This document shows positions 38,398 through 48,482 of a stretch of DNA of 64,000 bases, in pieces. Position 1 is the first letter of the stretch. Each line of letters starts with the position of its first letter. The DNA comes from a virus. A program made the translations under genes and the position numbers. The DNA lies in the IMG/VR virus record IMGVR_UViG_3300046167_000884, positions 32,001 to 96,000 of that record; one strand, given 5' to 3'. The notes beneath the pieces were generated by a model. It was given only the letters and a program-made list of their open reading frames with translations. It was not told the origin of the DNA and searched no databases.

Positions 38398-40317
38398 ATG
38401 GCTGATAAAAGCGTATTTTCAAGATTAAAAAGATTATTTTCAACTGATGTAATTATCAGGAATGTAGGGGGTAACCAAATAAAAACCGTTGATTCAGGTC
38501 ACATCCAATCTAGTGGGGAATATGAAACTAATTCGTTAGTTGATAGATATAATAGAATTTATTCTACTGCCCCTTCTTCATTATATGGTGCCCAATTTAA
38601 CTTAAATTACCAATATTTACGTACCATGATCTATTCAGAATATGATGTGATGGATCAAGATGCAATTATTGCTTCTGCCTTAGATATTTTAGCAGATGAA
38701 TCTACTCTAAAAAACGATATGGGGGAGGTTCTTTCAATTAGGAGTGCTAATGAAGATATTCAAAATATATTATACAACCTATTTTATGATGTATTAAATA
38801 TTGAATTTAATATGTGGATGTGGATTCGTCAAATGTGTAAATATGGTGACTTTTTCTTAAAACTAGAAATAGCTGAAAAATTTGGGGTATATAATGTTAT
38901 ACCTTATACAGCTTATCATATGGAAAGACAAGAGGGGTATAATGAAGAAAACCCACAAGAAATTAGATACATTTACAACCCAGAAGGATTTGTAGGAGGA
39001 GGAACCAGCAGCTCAGGTTATTATACAGTAAATCAAAATCCAGATAATACAACAGGAATTGTATTTGACAACTATGAAATGGCTCATTTTAGATTAGTAG
39101 GTGATGTTAATTATCTTCCTTATGGTAGAGCTTACATAGAACCCGCTAGAAAGTTATTTAAGCAATATACCTTAATGGAGGATGCAATGTTAATTCATAG
39201 AATTGCTCGTGCCCCAGAAAAACGTATTTTTTATGTAAATGTAGGAGCCATTCCCCCTAATGAAATAGAAACATTTATGCAAAAAACTATTTCAAGTATG
39301 AAACGTACCCCGTTTATGGATGAAAAAACAGGAGAATATAATTTAAAATATAACATGCAAAATATGTTAGAAGATTTTTATATCCCTGTTCGTGGTAATG
39401 ATAATACTACTAAAATAGATACTACCCCAGGATTACAATATGATGGTATTCAAGATGTAGAATATTTAAGAGGTAAACTATTTGCAGCTCTTAAAATTCC
39501 AAAAGCATTTTTAGGGTATGAAGAAGGTTTAGAAGGTAAAGCTACATTAGCGCAACAAGATATTAGATTTGCTCGTACCATTGATAGAATCCAAAGAATT
39601 ATATTATCGGAGCTAAATAAAATTGCTTTAGTTCACTTATATACTCAAGGGTATACAGATGAAACATTAACAAACTTTACATTAAACATGACTACTCCTT
39701 CGATCATATATGATCAGGAAAGAATTGAGTTAATGAAATCAAAAGCCGAATTATCTGCTACTTTACTAGAACAAGGTTTAGTACCATCTGATTGGATTTA
39801 TGATAATATTTACCACTTTAGTGAAGACCAATATGATGAGTATAGAGATCTAGTTAGAGAAGATGCTAAACGTAAATTTAGAATAGCACAAATTGAAGCA
39901 GAAGGAAATGATCCCGTTGAAACAGGTAAATCATATGGTACCCCTCATGATTTAGCTTCATTATATGGTAAAGGAAGAATGTATAATGATCCAGGGAATG
40001 TCCCAGACCCAGAAAAGTATGCGGCTGATGATCCTAAACTAGGTAGACCAAAGGATACCAATGTTAAACGTAATACACAAGACGATAATTTTGGTAAAGA
40101 TAGATTAGGAACTAAACGCATGAAAGATAAAGATAAAAATGATTCTAATGCTATCCGTCCTAAATTTAAAGGTGGTAGTCCACTAGCTCTTGAAAGTGCT
40201 AAAACTGTTTTCTTAAAAAACAAAGATATTTTTAAAAAAATGACCCAAAAGAAATTAATTTTTGAGGAAGATAAGGATACATCTTCATTATTAGATGAAA
40301 ACCAATTAAAGAAGTAA
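38398..40317 (+). CDS. gp20: Portal protein (T4 gp20-like)
   Basis: MEDAMLIHRIARAPEKRIFYVNVG, MLEDFYIPVRG, DVEYLRGKLFAALKIPKAFL, DIRFARTIDRIQ. Confidence 0.95.
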   Translation: MADKSVFSRLKRLFSTDVIIRNVGGNQIKTVDSGHIQSSGEYETNSLVDRYNRIYSTAPSSLYGAQFNLNYQYLRTMIYSEYDVMDQDAIIASALDILADESTLKNDMGEVLSIRSANEDIQNILYNLFYDVLNIEFNMWMWIRQMCKYGDFFLKLEIAEKFGVYNVIPYTAYHMERQEGYNEENPQEIRYIYNPEGFVGGGTSSSGYYTVNQNPDNTTGIVFDNYEMAHFRLVGDVNYLPYGRAYIEPARKLFKQYTLMEDAMLIHRIARAPEKRIFYVNVGAIPPNEIETFMQKTISSMKRTPFMDEKTGEYNLKYNMQNMLEDFYIPVRGNDNTTKIDTTPGLQYDGIQDVEYLRGKLFAALKIPKAFLGYEEGLEGKATLAQQDIRFARTIDRIQRIILSELNKIALVHLYTQGYTDETLTNFTLNMTTPSIIYDQERIELMKSKAELSATLLEQGLVPSDWIYDNIYHFSEDQYDEYRDLVREDAKRKFRIAQIEAEGNDPVETGKSYGTPHDLASLYGKGRMYNDPGNVPDPEKYAADDPKLGRPKDTNVKRNTQDDNFGKDRLGTKRMKDKDKNDSNAIRPKFKGGSPLALESAKTVFLKNKDIFKKMTQKKLIFEEDKDTSSLLDENQLKK

Positions 40318-40327
40318 AAAATTTTAC

Positions 40328-40337
40328 ATATTTATAA
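40328..40337 (+). promoter_or_regulatory. Putative late promoter ATATTTATAA
   Basis: Contains TATAAATA. Confidence 0.7.
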
Positions 40338-40353
40338 ATAAATATATTTTTTG

Positions 40354-41217
40354 ATGAAGATAAAACATTCAAAGTACAAAAACACAGGCATATTATTTGA
40401 ACTGTTAGTACGACAAATTACCGCTGATACACTTAAAGGTGGTAGTTCACCCGCTATAGATATATTAAAAGAATATTTTGTTAATACTTCTTTAGGCAAA
40501 GAATACAAATTGTATGAATCTGTACTTAAATCTAAGGTAATAACTGAAGGTAGAGCTACATTAGTTATTGATACTATATTAGAGGCATCTACTAAATTTA
40601 ATAGAAAATCTTTAAAAAAGCAAAAATATAATTTAATTAATGAAATTAAAAAACATTATAATTTAGAATCTTTTTTTGGTTCTAAAATTACAAATTATAA
40701 AGAATTAGCTGCTTTATATACTTTAATAGAAAATGTTAATTCTAACTCAATTTCTAACCCAACCCAATTAGTAGATAATAAAGTAACTTTATTAGAACAT
40801 TTAACAAAAAAAGAGGTATCAACAAACTCCAAAGAATCAGTACTTAAAGAATTTTCTACATATGATAAAGATGTAAGAACTTTAACTTACAAAGTATTAT
40901 TAGAAAAATTTAATGATAAGTATGATACTTTAACTAATGATCAAAAACAAGTCCTTAAAGAATATATCAATTCTGTAGATTCAACTCCAGATTTAAGAAA
41001 TTTTTATAATGTTAAAATTATTGAGTTAAAATCAATTTTAAATAAAGAATCTAAAAATATAAAAGATAAAGCAACTCAAATCAAAATTACTGAAGTAGCT
41101 AAATTTTTAACTGAATTAAAAAAGACTGATAAAGTTGGAGACAACAATTTAGTTGATTTGTTACGTTATTATCAATTAATAAGCGAAATTCAAATAGCAA
41201 ATGGCGTTCAAGTATAA
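40354..41217 (+). CDS. Head-morphogenesis-region protein
   Basis: KIKHSKYKNTGILFELLVRQIT; lies between portal and protease; late motif upstream. Confidence 0.65.
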   Translation: MKIKHSKYKNTGILFELLVRQITADTLKGGSSPAIDILKEYFVNTSLGKEYKLYESVLKSKVITEGRATLVIDTILEASTKFNRKSLKKQKYNLINEIKKHYNLESFFGSKITNYKELAALYTLIENVNSNSISNPTQLVDNKVTLLEHLTKKEVSTNSKESVLKEFSTYDKDVRTLTYKVLLEKFNDKYDTLTNDQKQVLKEYINSVDSTPDLRNFYNVKIIELKSILNKESKNIKDKATQIKITEVAKFLTELKKTDKVGDNNLVDLLRYYQLISEIQIANGVQV

Positions 41218-41836
41218 ACTTAAAGAGGCACCTTCCCCTAACCTAGCCCAACAAACAGGAGCTAAAATAGGTGATGTATCCTATTCTAAAGATGGAGATA
41301 CTAAATTTGTAGTTAATTCTATAGATAAAGAAACAGGACAAATAGGATGGGAAGTAATTGAACTCCCAGCATTTGATAAATTAAATGATGATGTTGATGA
41401 ATTAGTTTCTACAGCTAAAGGAGTTTATACTAAAACTAAGAATGATGAAAAGTTTAGAGAAATATATGAAGAAGCTAGACTTTTAAGAAACAAAATCAGA
41501 AAACATCTTCGTAACGAGTACCCAGACGAGTATAAAAGAATGACTATGGAAGGGGAAATTGAAGAAATGTCTACTACAGGAGGTGGAGCTGGGTCATCTA
41601 GTTTTACTAGTGGTACAGGAATGCAGTATGCTACACCCTATGCTTTTAAAAAAAAGAAAAAAAAAATTAAAAAAGAAGGAGTTGGGGCAACATTAGGTCC
41701 TGGTCCTAAGGCAACAGAGGATGGAGTTAAAGATAATGCATATGTAAAACAATTTAAATATAAGTTAGTTCCTAAAACAAAAGATGGTACTTATGTACAG
41801 AAAGGTTCAGGACTCGAAGTAAATAAATTATTTTAA
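41201..41836 (+). CDS. Probable core/internal protein
   Basis: MAFKYKLKE leader; IEEMSTTGG..YATPYAF module. Confidence 0.55.
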   Translation: MAFKYKLKEAPSPNLAQQTGAKIGDVSYSKDGDTKFVVNSIDKETGQIGWEVIELPAFDKLNDDVDELVSTAKGVYTKTKNDEKFREIYEEARLLRNKIRKHLRNEYPDEYKRMTMEGEIEEMSTTGGGAGSSSFTSGTGMQYATPYAFKKKKKKIKKEGVGATLGPGPKATEDGVKDNAYVKQFKYKLVPKTKDGTYVQKGSGLEVNKLF

Positions 41837-41837
41837 T

Positions 41838-42071
41838 ATGTATAATCGTAATATAAAAGAAAACGAAAACAAAGCATCTAAATTCCATGAGGAACGTATA
41901 GAAGCTTTTGATAAATTAGAAGCTAGATTTGAAGATATTAAAAAAGCAATCAAACTAGGTAAAATAGAAACAATAAAATATTATAGAGATAATCCTAATA
42001 GTTTTAGTGTTGTAATAGGCACAGATATGATTAACGATTATTTTAACGACATTGAAACATTATTACAATAA
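41838..42071 (+). CDS. Hypothetical protein
   Basis: 77 aa in the head operon. Confidence 0.55.
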   Translation: MYNRNIKENENKASKFHEERIEAFDKLEARFEDIKKAIKLGKIETIKYYRDNPNSFSVVIGTDMINDYFNDIETLLQ

Positions 42072-42079
42072 ACAAAAAT

Positions 42080-43333
42080 ATGAAATCACCAGAACAATTA
42101 CATAAAGAATTAACAGAAAAGTTAATTACAGAAAATTATGTAGACTTACATCCCATTTCTACATTTGAAGCAACTCCAAAACAAGATTTTGAAACTAAGT
42201 TTGCTCAATTCTTAGCAGAGAAAAAAGGGGAGGAATTAAAACCTATTGTTAATACAGACGAATCAATTAATACTCTAAAAGATTCAGAAGGAATATCAGC
42301 AGATTCTAAGGCTAAATTTGAAGGTAAAGGATTTCAAGCTTCCTATAAAGTAGATAAAACTTTAGAAAATATTGATTCTCATAATTATGATTACAATACT
42401 ACCTTAGAAAATATTAATAATGTTAATGGTGAAGAATTATTAAAAGGTGTTCAATTAGAAACTAGTTATAATAGTGAATTAACTTTAGACGAAGCTAAAG
42501 AACTTGTAATTAAAAACCTAGCTAAAGATCCTTTACATTATGTAAAGGAAGGTCAATTTGGTATTAAAGGCTTAGGATATACAGAAGCTAAAACACAAAA
42601 AGCAGATGGTAAACATGCTGCTAGTGGTTATAGTGAAAAACTAAAAGATAGCGATAACACATTTGACTTAGTAAAAGAAAGTATAGGTGGTGTAGTTACA
42701 ACAGGACACAACCCTTGGACAATAATTGCAGATGAAATTCTTCATGAAGAAGAAGAAGAAAAAAAATTACCAATGGATGAAGGAGATGCTGAAGACGCTA
42801 GGCAAGAAGCTATAGATGCTTCAAATGAAAGTGCGGGTGTTGAAGAAGATAAAAGACCAGATTATCCAGACGTAGATGGAGATGGTGATACTAAAGAACC
42901 AATGGAAAAAGCACTTAAAGACAAGAAAAGCAAAAAGATGAAAAAAGAATCAATTGATAGTAAATTAGCTGAAATAGGAAAAGCAGGTGATGTTACAAAA
43001 TTAGAAGCTCAACTAGAATTTTTAACTAACCATATTGATGAAAAAATTCAAAGAGTAAGTTCAATTAATGAAGATGATAATCTTAAAGAATTAATTGATA
43101 AAAAGAAAATGAAAGACATGCAAAAAGAAATTAAGCTTTTAGAAAAAAGAAAAGCTGGAATGGAAAAAATGTATGAAAAAATGTGTGGTAAAAAATACCA
43201 AAAAGAAGAAATTGTAGATGAAGCAGATGAAGTAAGTTGGAATGAAAAAAACAACCCAACACGTGGAGCTGCTGGTGAAAGAGACCCAAAACAAGTAGGA
43301 CAATCAGTTTCTGATTATGCTATAAATAAATAA
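42080..43333 (+). CDS. Acidic core/internal head protein
   Basis: LTEKLITE, LVKE, ILHE sites; C-terminal DEVSWNEKNNPTR module shared with the 22370 gene. Confidence 0.6.
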   Translation: MKSPEQLHKELTEKLITENYVDLHPISTFEATPKQDFETKFAQFLAEKKGEELKPIVNTDESINTLKDSEGISADSKAKFEGKGFQASYKVDKTLENIDSHNYDYNTTLENINNVNGEELLKGVQLETSYNSELTLDEAKELVIKNLAKDPLHYVKEGQFGIKGLGYTEAKTQKADGKHAASGYSEKLKDSDNTFDLVKESIGGVVTTGHNPWTIIADEILHEEEEEKKLPMDEGDAEDARQEAIDASNESAGVEEDKRPDYPDVDGDGDTKEPMEKALKDKKSKKMKKESIDSKLAEIGKAGDVTKLEAQLEFLTNHIDEKIQRVSSINEDDNLKELIDKKKMKDMQKEIKLLEKRKAGMEKMYEKMCGKKYQKEEIVDEADEVSWNEKNNPTRGAAGERDPKQVGQSVSDYAINK

Positions 43334-43337
43334 AATT

Positions 43338-43946
43338 ATGGGTAAAACACTCTTAATAGAAACTAATACCTTTAAATTATCATCACCTTTATTAACTGAA
43401 AATGTTAATAAGGATAATGGTAATGTTTTAGTTGAGGGTATTTTAGCTACAGCTGAAGTAAAAAATGGTAATGGTCGTTACTATTCAAAAGAATTATGGC
43501 AACGCGAAATGGATAAATATAATGAGCTTATTGAACAAAGACGCTCAATGGGAGAATTAGACCACCCAGAATCCACTGTTGTAAATTTAAAAAATGTTTC
43601 TCATATTATAAATGAATACTGGTGGGATGGAGACCAAGTAATGGGTAAAATTGAAATATTACCTACCCCATCGGGTAACATACTTAAAGAACTTATTAAA
43701 AATGGGTGTACTGTAGGAGTATCATCTAGAGGTATGGGTTCATTAGAACAAAGGGGTGAAATAATGGAAGTACAAGATGACTTTGAATTATTATGTTGGG
43801 ATTTTGTTTCAACTCCTTCAAACCCTGGTTCTTATATGCATGAAATTCTTAAAGAAGGTAAAGAAAATTACACTTACGATTATACAAATGTTAATAAATT
43901 AATACATGAAATTCTTTGTTCAAAAGGATCATGTCCTATAACTTAA
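43338..43946 (+). CDS. gp21: Prohead protease (T4 gp21-like)
   Basis: KNGNGRYY, GELDHP, NVSH, GVSSRGMGS, WDFVSTPS. Confidence 0.95.
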   Translation: MGKTLLIETNTFKLSSPLLTENVNKDNGNVLVEGILATAEVKNGNGRYYSKELWQREMDKYNELIEQRRSMGELDHPESTVVNLKNVSHIINEYWWDGDQVMGKIEILPTPSGNILKELIKNGCTVGVSSRGMGSLEQRGEIMEVQDDFELLCWDFVSTPSNPGSYMHEILKEGKENYTYDYTNVNKLIHEILCSKGSCPIT

Positions 43947-43974
43947 CCTCTCTATAGATAACCTTTATAGACCT

Positions 43975-43997
43975 AAGCCCTCTTTTTGAGGGCTTTT
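43975..43997 (+). terminator. Rho-independent terminator
   Basis: aagccctc-ttttt-gagggctt + T run. Confidence 0.8.
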
Positions 43998-44017
43998 ATA
44001 TTTTAATATCTCTCCAT

Positions 44018-44027
44018 ATACGTATAA
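44018..44027 (+). promoter_or_regulatory. Variant late promoter ATACGTATAA for scaffold/MCP
   Basis: Follows the terminator; precedes a structured leader. Confidence 0.5.
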
Positions 44028-44124
44028 TCGCAATGTGTCATGAGTACCTAGATATGACACCAATATATATTATTCCCTATTACGATTCTTAATAATCGTA
44101 TTTCACAAAAAAAATTTTGAGATT

Positions 44125-45282
44125 ATGGCAAACAATGATTTGTTAAAAGAAGCAATTGCCGATGCTAAAGCTGTTAAAGAAACTGCTATTGCAAACGCAA
44201 AACTTGCTCTTGAAGAAGCATTCACACCACATTTGAAATCTATGCTTTCAGCAAAATTAGAAGAAATGGACAAAGAAGACGTTGACGAAGGATACGACGA
44301 AGACGTTAAAGAAGAAATGGATTCTAAAGATGACATGAAAGAAGGAGAAGATGAAGTGTATGAAGAAAAAGAAGAGCTTGATGAAATTGACCTTGACGAA
44401 CTACTTGCTGAACTTGAATTGGATGAAGACAAACGTACAGATGCTGAACAAGAAGGCTATAAGGACGGATTCGAAGACGCTAAAGACGACATCGAAAAAG
44501 AACTTAAATCTATGAAAGTATCAGAAGCAAAAGACGAAGATGAAAAAGTTGACGAAGCTAAAAAAGGCGACGACAAGGATGACATTAAGGAAGATGCTAG
44601 AACTGATGCTGAAGAAGAAGGCTACCTTGACGGTATGAAAGACGAAAAAGAAGACGAAGAAGACAAAATCGACGATGAAGAAATTGATCTAGAAGATATG
44701 TCAGAAGACGACTTAAAAGGATTCATTGAGGATGTTATTAAAGATTTAGTAACAGACGGAACAATTGAAGCTGGCGAAGATTTTGAAGAGGAAGATGTTG
44801 AAGACGAAGTTGAAGTTGAAGACGATGTAGAAGTTGATGTAGAAATCGACGAAGCAGTTGACGGCGAAAAAGGTGTTGGAAACGAAGATGGAGACAAAGA
44901 TGACTCCAAAGTTGAGAAAGAAACTGAAAAAATGAGATTTAAAGAAGCCTTAGATGAAATCGAAGCTCTTAAAGTTGAATTACAAGAAGTTAATTTACTT
45001 AATGCTAAGTTACTTTACACAAACAAAGTATTCAAATCTAAAAACTTAACTGAAGACAAAAAAGTTAGAGTGCTTAAAGCATTTGATAAAGCGTCAACAG
45101 TAAAAGAAGCTAAAGTTATTTTTGATACATTAAACGAAGGTTTAGTGTCTAAAACAGCTGCTCCTGCAAGACCAAAAGGTAGTGCATCTAAAGCAACTGG
45201 TGCAATAACTGAAGCTAAAAAACCTATTATTGAAAGCAATGATGTATACAACCGTATGCGTAAACTTGCTGGATTAATTTAA
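44125..45282 (+). CDS. gp22: Prohead scaffold/core protein (T4 gp22-like)
   Basis: Acidic; LLKEAIADAKAVKETA..; C-terminal LQEVNLLNAKLLY..RMRKLAGL; sits between protease and MCP. Confidence 0.88.
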   Translation: MANNDLLKEAIADAKAVKETAIANAKLALEEAFTPHLKSMLSAKLEEMDKEDVDEGYDEDVKEEMDSKDDMKEGEDEVYEEKEELDEIDLDELLAELELDEDKRTDAEQEGYKDGFEDAKDDIEKELKSMKVSEAKDEDEKVDEAKKGDDKDDIKEDARTDAEEEGYLDGMKDEKEDEEDKIDDEEIDLEDMSEDDLKGFIEDVIKDLVTDGTIEAGEDFEEEDVEDEVEVEDDVEVDVEIDEAVDGEKGVGNEDGDKDDSKVEKETEKMRFKEALDEIEALKVELQEVNLLNAKLLYTNKVFKSKNLTEDKKVRVLKAFDKASTVKEAKVIFDTLNEGLVSKTAAPARPKGSASKATGAITEAKKPIIESNDVYNRMRKLAGLI

Positions 45283-45317
45283 AAAAACAAATTTTAACCC
45301 TATTAAAACCTAAAAAA

Positions 45318-46949
45318 ATGAGCTTAAATACTCTTTTAGAAAGTGCGAACCCATATCACTCAATGCAGAGTGACGCAGCCAAATTGGCATCAAAATGGGA
45401 AAAAACAGGTTTACTAGAAGGCCTTCAAGGAGCAAATAAATCCAACATGGGTATTATTCTTGAAAACCAAGCTAAACAACTTGTAGTAGAAGAATCTAAC
45501 ACTGGCGGTGGTGCTGGAGCTGGTCAATTTCAGGCTGGTACTGGTGCACAATGGGCTGGAGTAGCTTTACCATTGGTAAGAAAAGTATTTGGTCAGATTG
45601 CAGCGAAAGAATTCGTTAGCGTTCAGCCAATGAACTTACCTTCTGGTCTTGTATTCTACCTAGATTTCCAATATGGAACAGGAAAAACCCCATTTACAGC
45701 AACTGAATCTCTATATGGAGATGCAGGAACTGACCCTTCAACTTCTCCTTTCGGGAACACTAATTCAGGTGGCCTTTATGGACAAGGAAGATATGGATAT
45801 TCTATTAACACAACAGCATCTGCTGTAGCTACAGTAACAACTGCTTCAGCTGATAGATCTGATGTTAATTTTAATTCATTATTCACAGCTTCTTTAGCTG
45901 CTGGAGATATTAAAGTATGTCCAATTCCACTTGCTTCTCTTGATGCAAATTACGACCCAGAAGCAATTAGAAGTTTCTACTTAGAAGGTGCAAATGCTCC
46001 TACAGTAGCACAACAATACCCACAATTTACTAAAATTGTAGGTACAGATCTTCAGTTAATAGTAGATGCAGATTCATTTGATCCTGCTGCTGCAACTTCA
46101 ATTTCTTATTCACTAAAAACATTAGATTATGAAAGAGGTGATTTTGAAGATGGAAATAATAACCTAAATGGTAATAACTCTCCAATTTCAATTCCTGAAA
46201 TTAACGTACAGATGCAATCATCTGCTATTGTAGCTAAAACTCGTAAGTTAAAAGCTGTATGGACTCCTGAGTTCGCACAAGACTTGAATGCTTACCACGC
46301 TTTAGATGCTGAAGCAGAATTGACTTCTATCTTAAGTGAGTACATTTCATTAGAAATTGACATGGAAATCTTAGACATGCTACAAGAATCTGCTGCTGCA
46401 GGTACTGAAGTATGGTCAGCTGTAAACAACCAAGCTATTGTAGATAATGGTACTAATGGTACATTCTCAGATCTAGGATTTTACAACAGCCAAGGACAAT
46501 GGTTCCAAACACTTGGAACTAAAATCCAAAAATTAAGTAACGCTATCCACCAGAAAACTCTACGTGGTGGTGCTAACTTTATGGTAATTTCTCCAACAAT
46601 TGGTACTATCTTGGAATCAATTCCTGGATACGCTGCTGATGCTGATGGAGACGTGTCTAAATCTACTTATGCCTTTGGTGTACAAAAAGTAGGTGCATTT
46701 AACGGAAGAATGAAAGTATACAAAAATCCTTACCAAACTGAAAACCAAATCCTATTAGGGTTTAGAGGTGCTCAGTTCTTGGAAACAGGTGCTGTATTTG
46801 CTCCATACATTCCATTAATCATGACTCCACTTATCTACGATCCATCTACCTTCACACCACGTAAAGGATTGATGACTCGTTACGCTAAGAAAATGGTACG
46901 TCCTGAATTCTACGGATTGATTAAAGTATCTGGTTTAGAGACTCTATAG
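45318..46949 (+). CDS. gp23: Major capsid protein (T4 gp23-like)
   Basis: KWEKTGLLEG, ILLENQ, VSVQPMNLPSGL.FYLDF, AKTRKLKAVWTPEFAQDL, APYIPL, FTPRKG.MTRYA. Confidence 0.97.
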   Translation: MSLNTLLESANPYHSMQSDAAKLASKWEKTGLLEGLQGANKSNMGIILENQAKQLVVEESNTGGGAGAGQFQAGTGAQWAGVALPLVRKVFGQIAAKEFVSVQPMNLPSGLVFYLDFQYGTGKTPFTATESLYGDAGTDPSTSPFGNTNSGGLYGQGRYGYSINTTASAVATVTTASADRSDVNFNSLFTASLAAGDIKVCPIPLASLDANYDPEAIRSFYLEGANAPTVAQQYPQFTKIVGTDLQLIVDADSFDPAAATSISYSLKTLDYERGDFEDGNNNLNGNNSPISIPEINVQMQSSAIVAKTRKLKAVWTPEFAQDLNAYHALDAEAELTSILSEYISLEIDMEILDMLQESAAAGTEVWSAVNNQAIVDNGTNGTFSDLGFYNSQGQWFQTLGTKIQKLSNAIHQKTLRGGANFMVISPTIGTILESIPGYAADADGDVSKSTYAFGVQKVGAFNGRMKVYKNPYQTENQILLGFRGAQFLETGAVFAPYIPLIMTPLIYDPSTFTPRKGLMTRYAKKMVRPEFYGLIKVSGLETL

Positions 46950-46977
46950 TAAGAGCTTAATCAATATCCAATAAATT

Positions 46978-47004
46978 AACCCGGTCTTTGACCGGGTTTT
47001 TTTT
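46978..47004 (+). terminator. Rho-independent terminator after MCP
   Basis: aacccggtc-ttt-gaccgggtt + long T run. Confidence 0.9.
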
Positions 47005-47144
47005 ATTTTTCATATGTATAATAAAATGCGTTATATCAAAACTATATTTATCTCATTATATAGCTATATTAAAATTCCCACGTATATTAACGTATTTACT
47101 CCGGTTTTATTCAATTTATGTATAATCCCTAATTTCAAGAATTT

Positions 47145-47882
47145 ATGGCAAGTAAACCCCATACGGATGATGTATATCGTCCTAAGAGAATTCCTAAAAA
47201 CCCAATTAAGTTCAAACTCCAACTTAATGAAGAACAAAAAGACGCTAAAAAACACATCCTGGAAAATACAATCACTCTCTTGGGAGGGGGTGCAGGTAGT
47301 GGAAAAACATTACTTGCATGTAATGTTGCCCTAGATGGTCTGTTACGAAGACAATATGATAAAATTATAATTACCCGGCCTACAGTATCAAAGGAAGAAA
47401 TAGGGTTTTTACCTGGTGATTTAAGAGAAAAGATGGATCCCTGGGTTCAACCTATTTATCAAAATTTCTTTGCATTATATGATAAATCTAAAATTGAAAA
47501 ATTAATTAGTGATGGTAAAATAGAAATTGTACCTGTGTCATTTATGAGAGGTAGAACATTTATGGATTCAATGATTATAGTTGATGAAGCTCAAAATGTC
47601 ACTCATGAACAAATGGAAATGATTACTTCACGTATAGGTTTAAGAAGTAAAATGATGATATGTGGTGATGCCCACCAAACAGATTTAAAAAAGAAATCAG
47701 ATTCTGGTTTTAAATTTTTATATACAGCGGCAAGAAAAATTAAAAATTTAGAAGCTATTACATTAATCACTAATCATAGAAATGAAATTGTTGAAGATTT
47801 ATTAAATTATTATAATGAAGCTGTTGATAAGGGAGCAAGTATTACTGTTTCTGGTTCATATATTTATAATAATAAAAGCTAA
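47145..47882 (+). CDS. phoH: PhoH family ATPase
   Basis: GGAGSGKT, ITRPTV, GFLPGDLREK, FMRGRTF, IVDEAQN, GDAHQTDL. Confidence 0.95.
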   Translation: MASKPHTDDVYRPKRIPKNPIKFKLQLNEEQKDAKKHILENTITLLGGGAGSGKTLLACNVALDGLLRRQYDKIIITRPTVSKEEIGFLPGDLREKMDPWVQPIYQNFFALYDKSKIEKLISDGKIEIVPVSFMRGRTFMDSMIIVDEAQNVTHEQMEMITSRIGLRSKMMICGDAHQTDLKKKSDSGFKFLYTAARKIKNLEAITLITNHRNEIVEDLLNYYNEAVDKGASITVSGSYIYNNKS

Positions 47883-47886
47883 TATC

Positions 47887-47896
47887 ATATTTATAA
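47887..47896 (+). promoter_or_regulatory. Putative late promoter ATATTTATAA (second copy at 47860)
   Basis: Recurrent motif. Confidence 0.65.
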
Positions 47897-47908
47897 CAAA
47901 ATTACAAA

Positions 47909-48451
47909 ATGGCAAAATGTGTAACTAGTGGATCTTTAAAAGTCCTTATACAAGAAAGTATAACTTTACCTAATAAAAACGAAGAAGTTTGTATTAATGA
48001 AGTTACAATACCTGGCATAAACCAAACTGTAAGAAGAGTAGATACAATTTCAACTACATTTAGTAGCAGTGGAATTGAAATCTTAAGGTTTGTAGATTCC
48101 GAAGAACAACAAACAGCAGGATCTTTTGTAAGAGATACAGTTAAATATATGAGGTTTACTAATTTATGTACAAAACATTATTGTTCCCTTTATTTGATAC
48201 AAGATAGTCCGGATGCTCAAAACCCAAATACAACTGATTTTGGTTCGGGTGATGATGGTTTATTTAAACTAGACCCAGGTAAATCAATGGTGTTTTCTAA
48301 TGGGCAATTTGATAGTAACAATTACTATGATTATGTTGTAGAAGGATATGTTGATGAGCAATACATTGGTGGTTTTGCTTCTTTATCTTTAATAAAAGCA
48401 AAGGCAGATACTGAAGATGTTCAAATAGAATATTTTGTAGCTTCTTCTTAA
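47909..48451 (+). CDS. Probable virion protein
   Basis: 180 aa, late motif upstream, beta-rich composition. Confidence 0.55.
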   Translation: MAKCVTSGSLKVLIQESITLPNKNEEVCINEVTIPGINQTVRRVDTISTTFSSSGIEILRFVDSEEQQTAGSFVRDTVKYMRFTNLCTKHYCSLYLIQDSPDAQNPNTTDFGSGDDGLFKLDPGKSMVFSNGQFDSNNYYDYVVEGYVDEQYIGGFASLSLIKAKADTEDVQIEYFVASS

Positions 48452-48460
48452 TATTTATAA
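48451..48460 (+). promoter_or_regulatory. Putative late promoter ATATTTATAA
   Basis: Recurrent motif. Confidence 0.7.
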
Positions 48461-48482
48461 TAAAATTAAATTAAAATAAAAA

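Noticed and set aside
43944-43974. Short tandem repeat taacctctctataga/taacctttataga after the protease gene
   Set aside because: Two degenerate copies only; not distinguishable from chance.
44103-45251. Ser-rich minus-strand ORFs opposite the scaffold gene
   Set aside because: Antisense shadows of GAA/GAC-rich acidic codons.
47014-47334. ORF overlapping the phoH start, and minus-strand ORF 47064-47255
   Set aside because: They span an AT-rich promoter region and conflict with the well-supported phoH frame.
47145-47882. phoH as a novel finding
   Set aside because: Very common in large aquatic phages.
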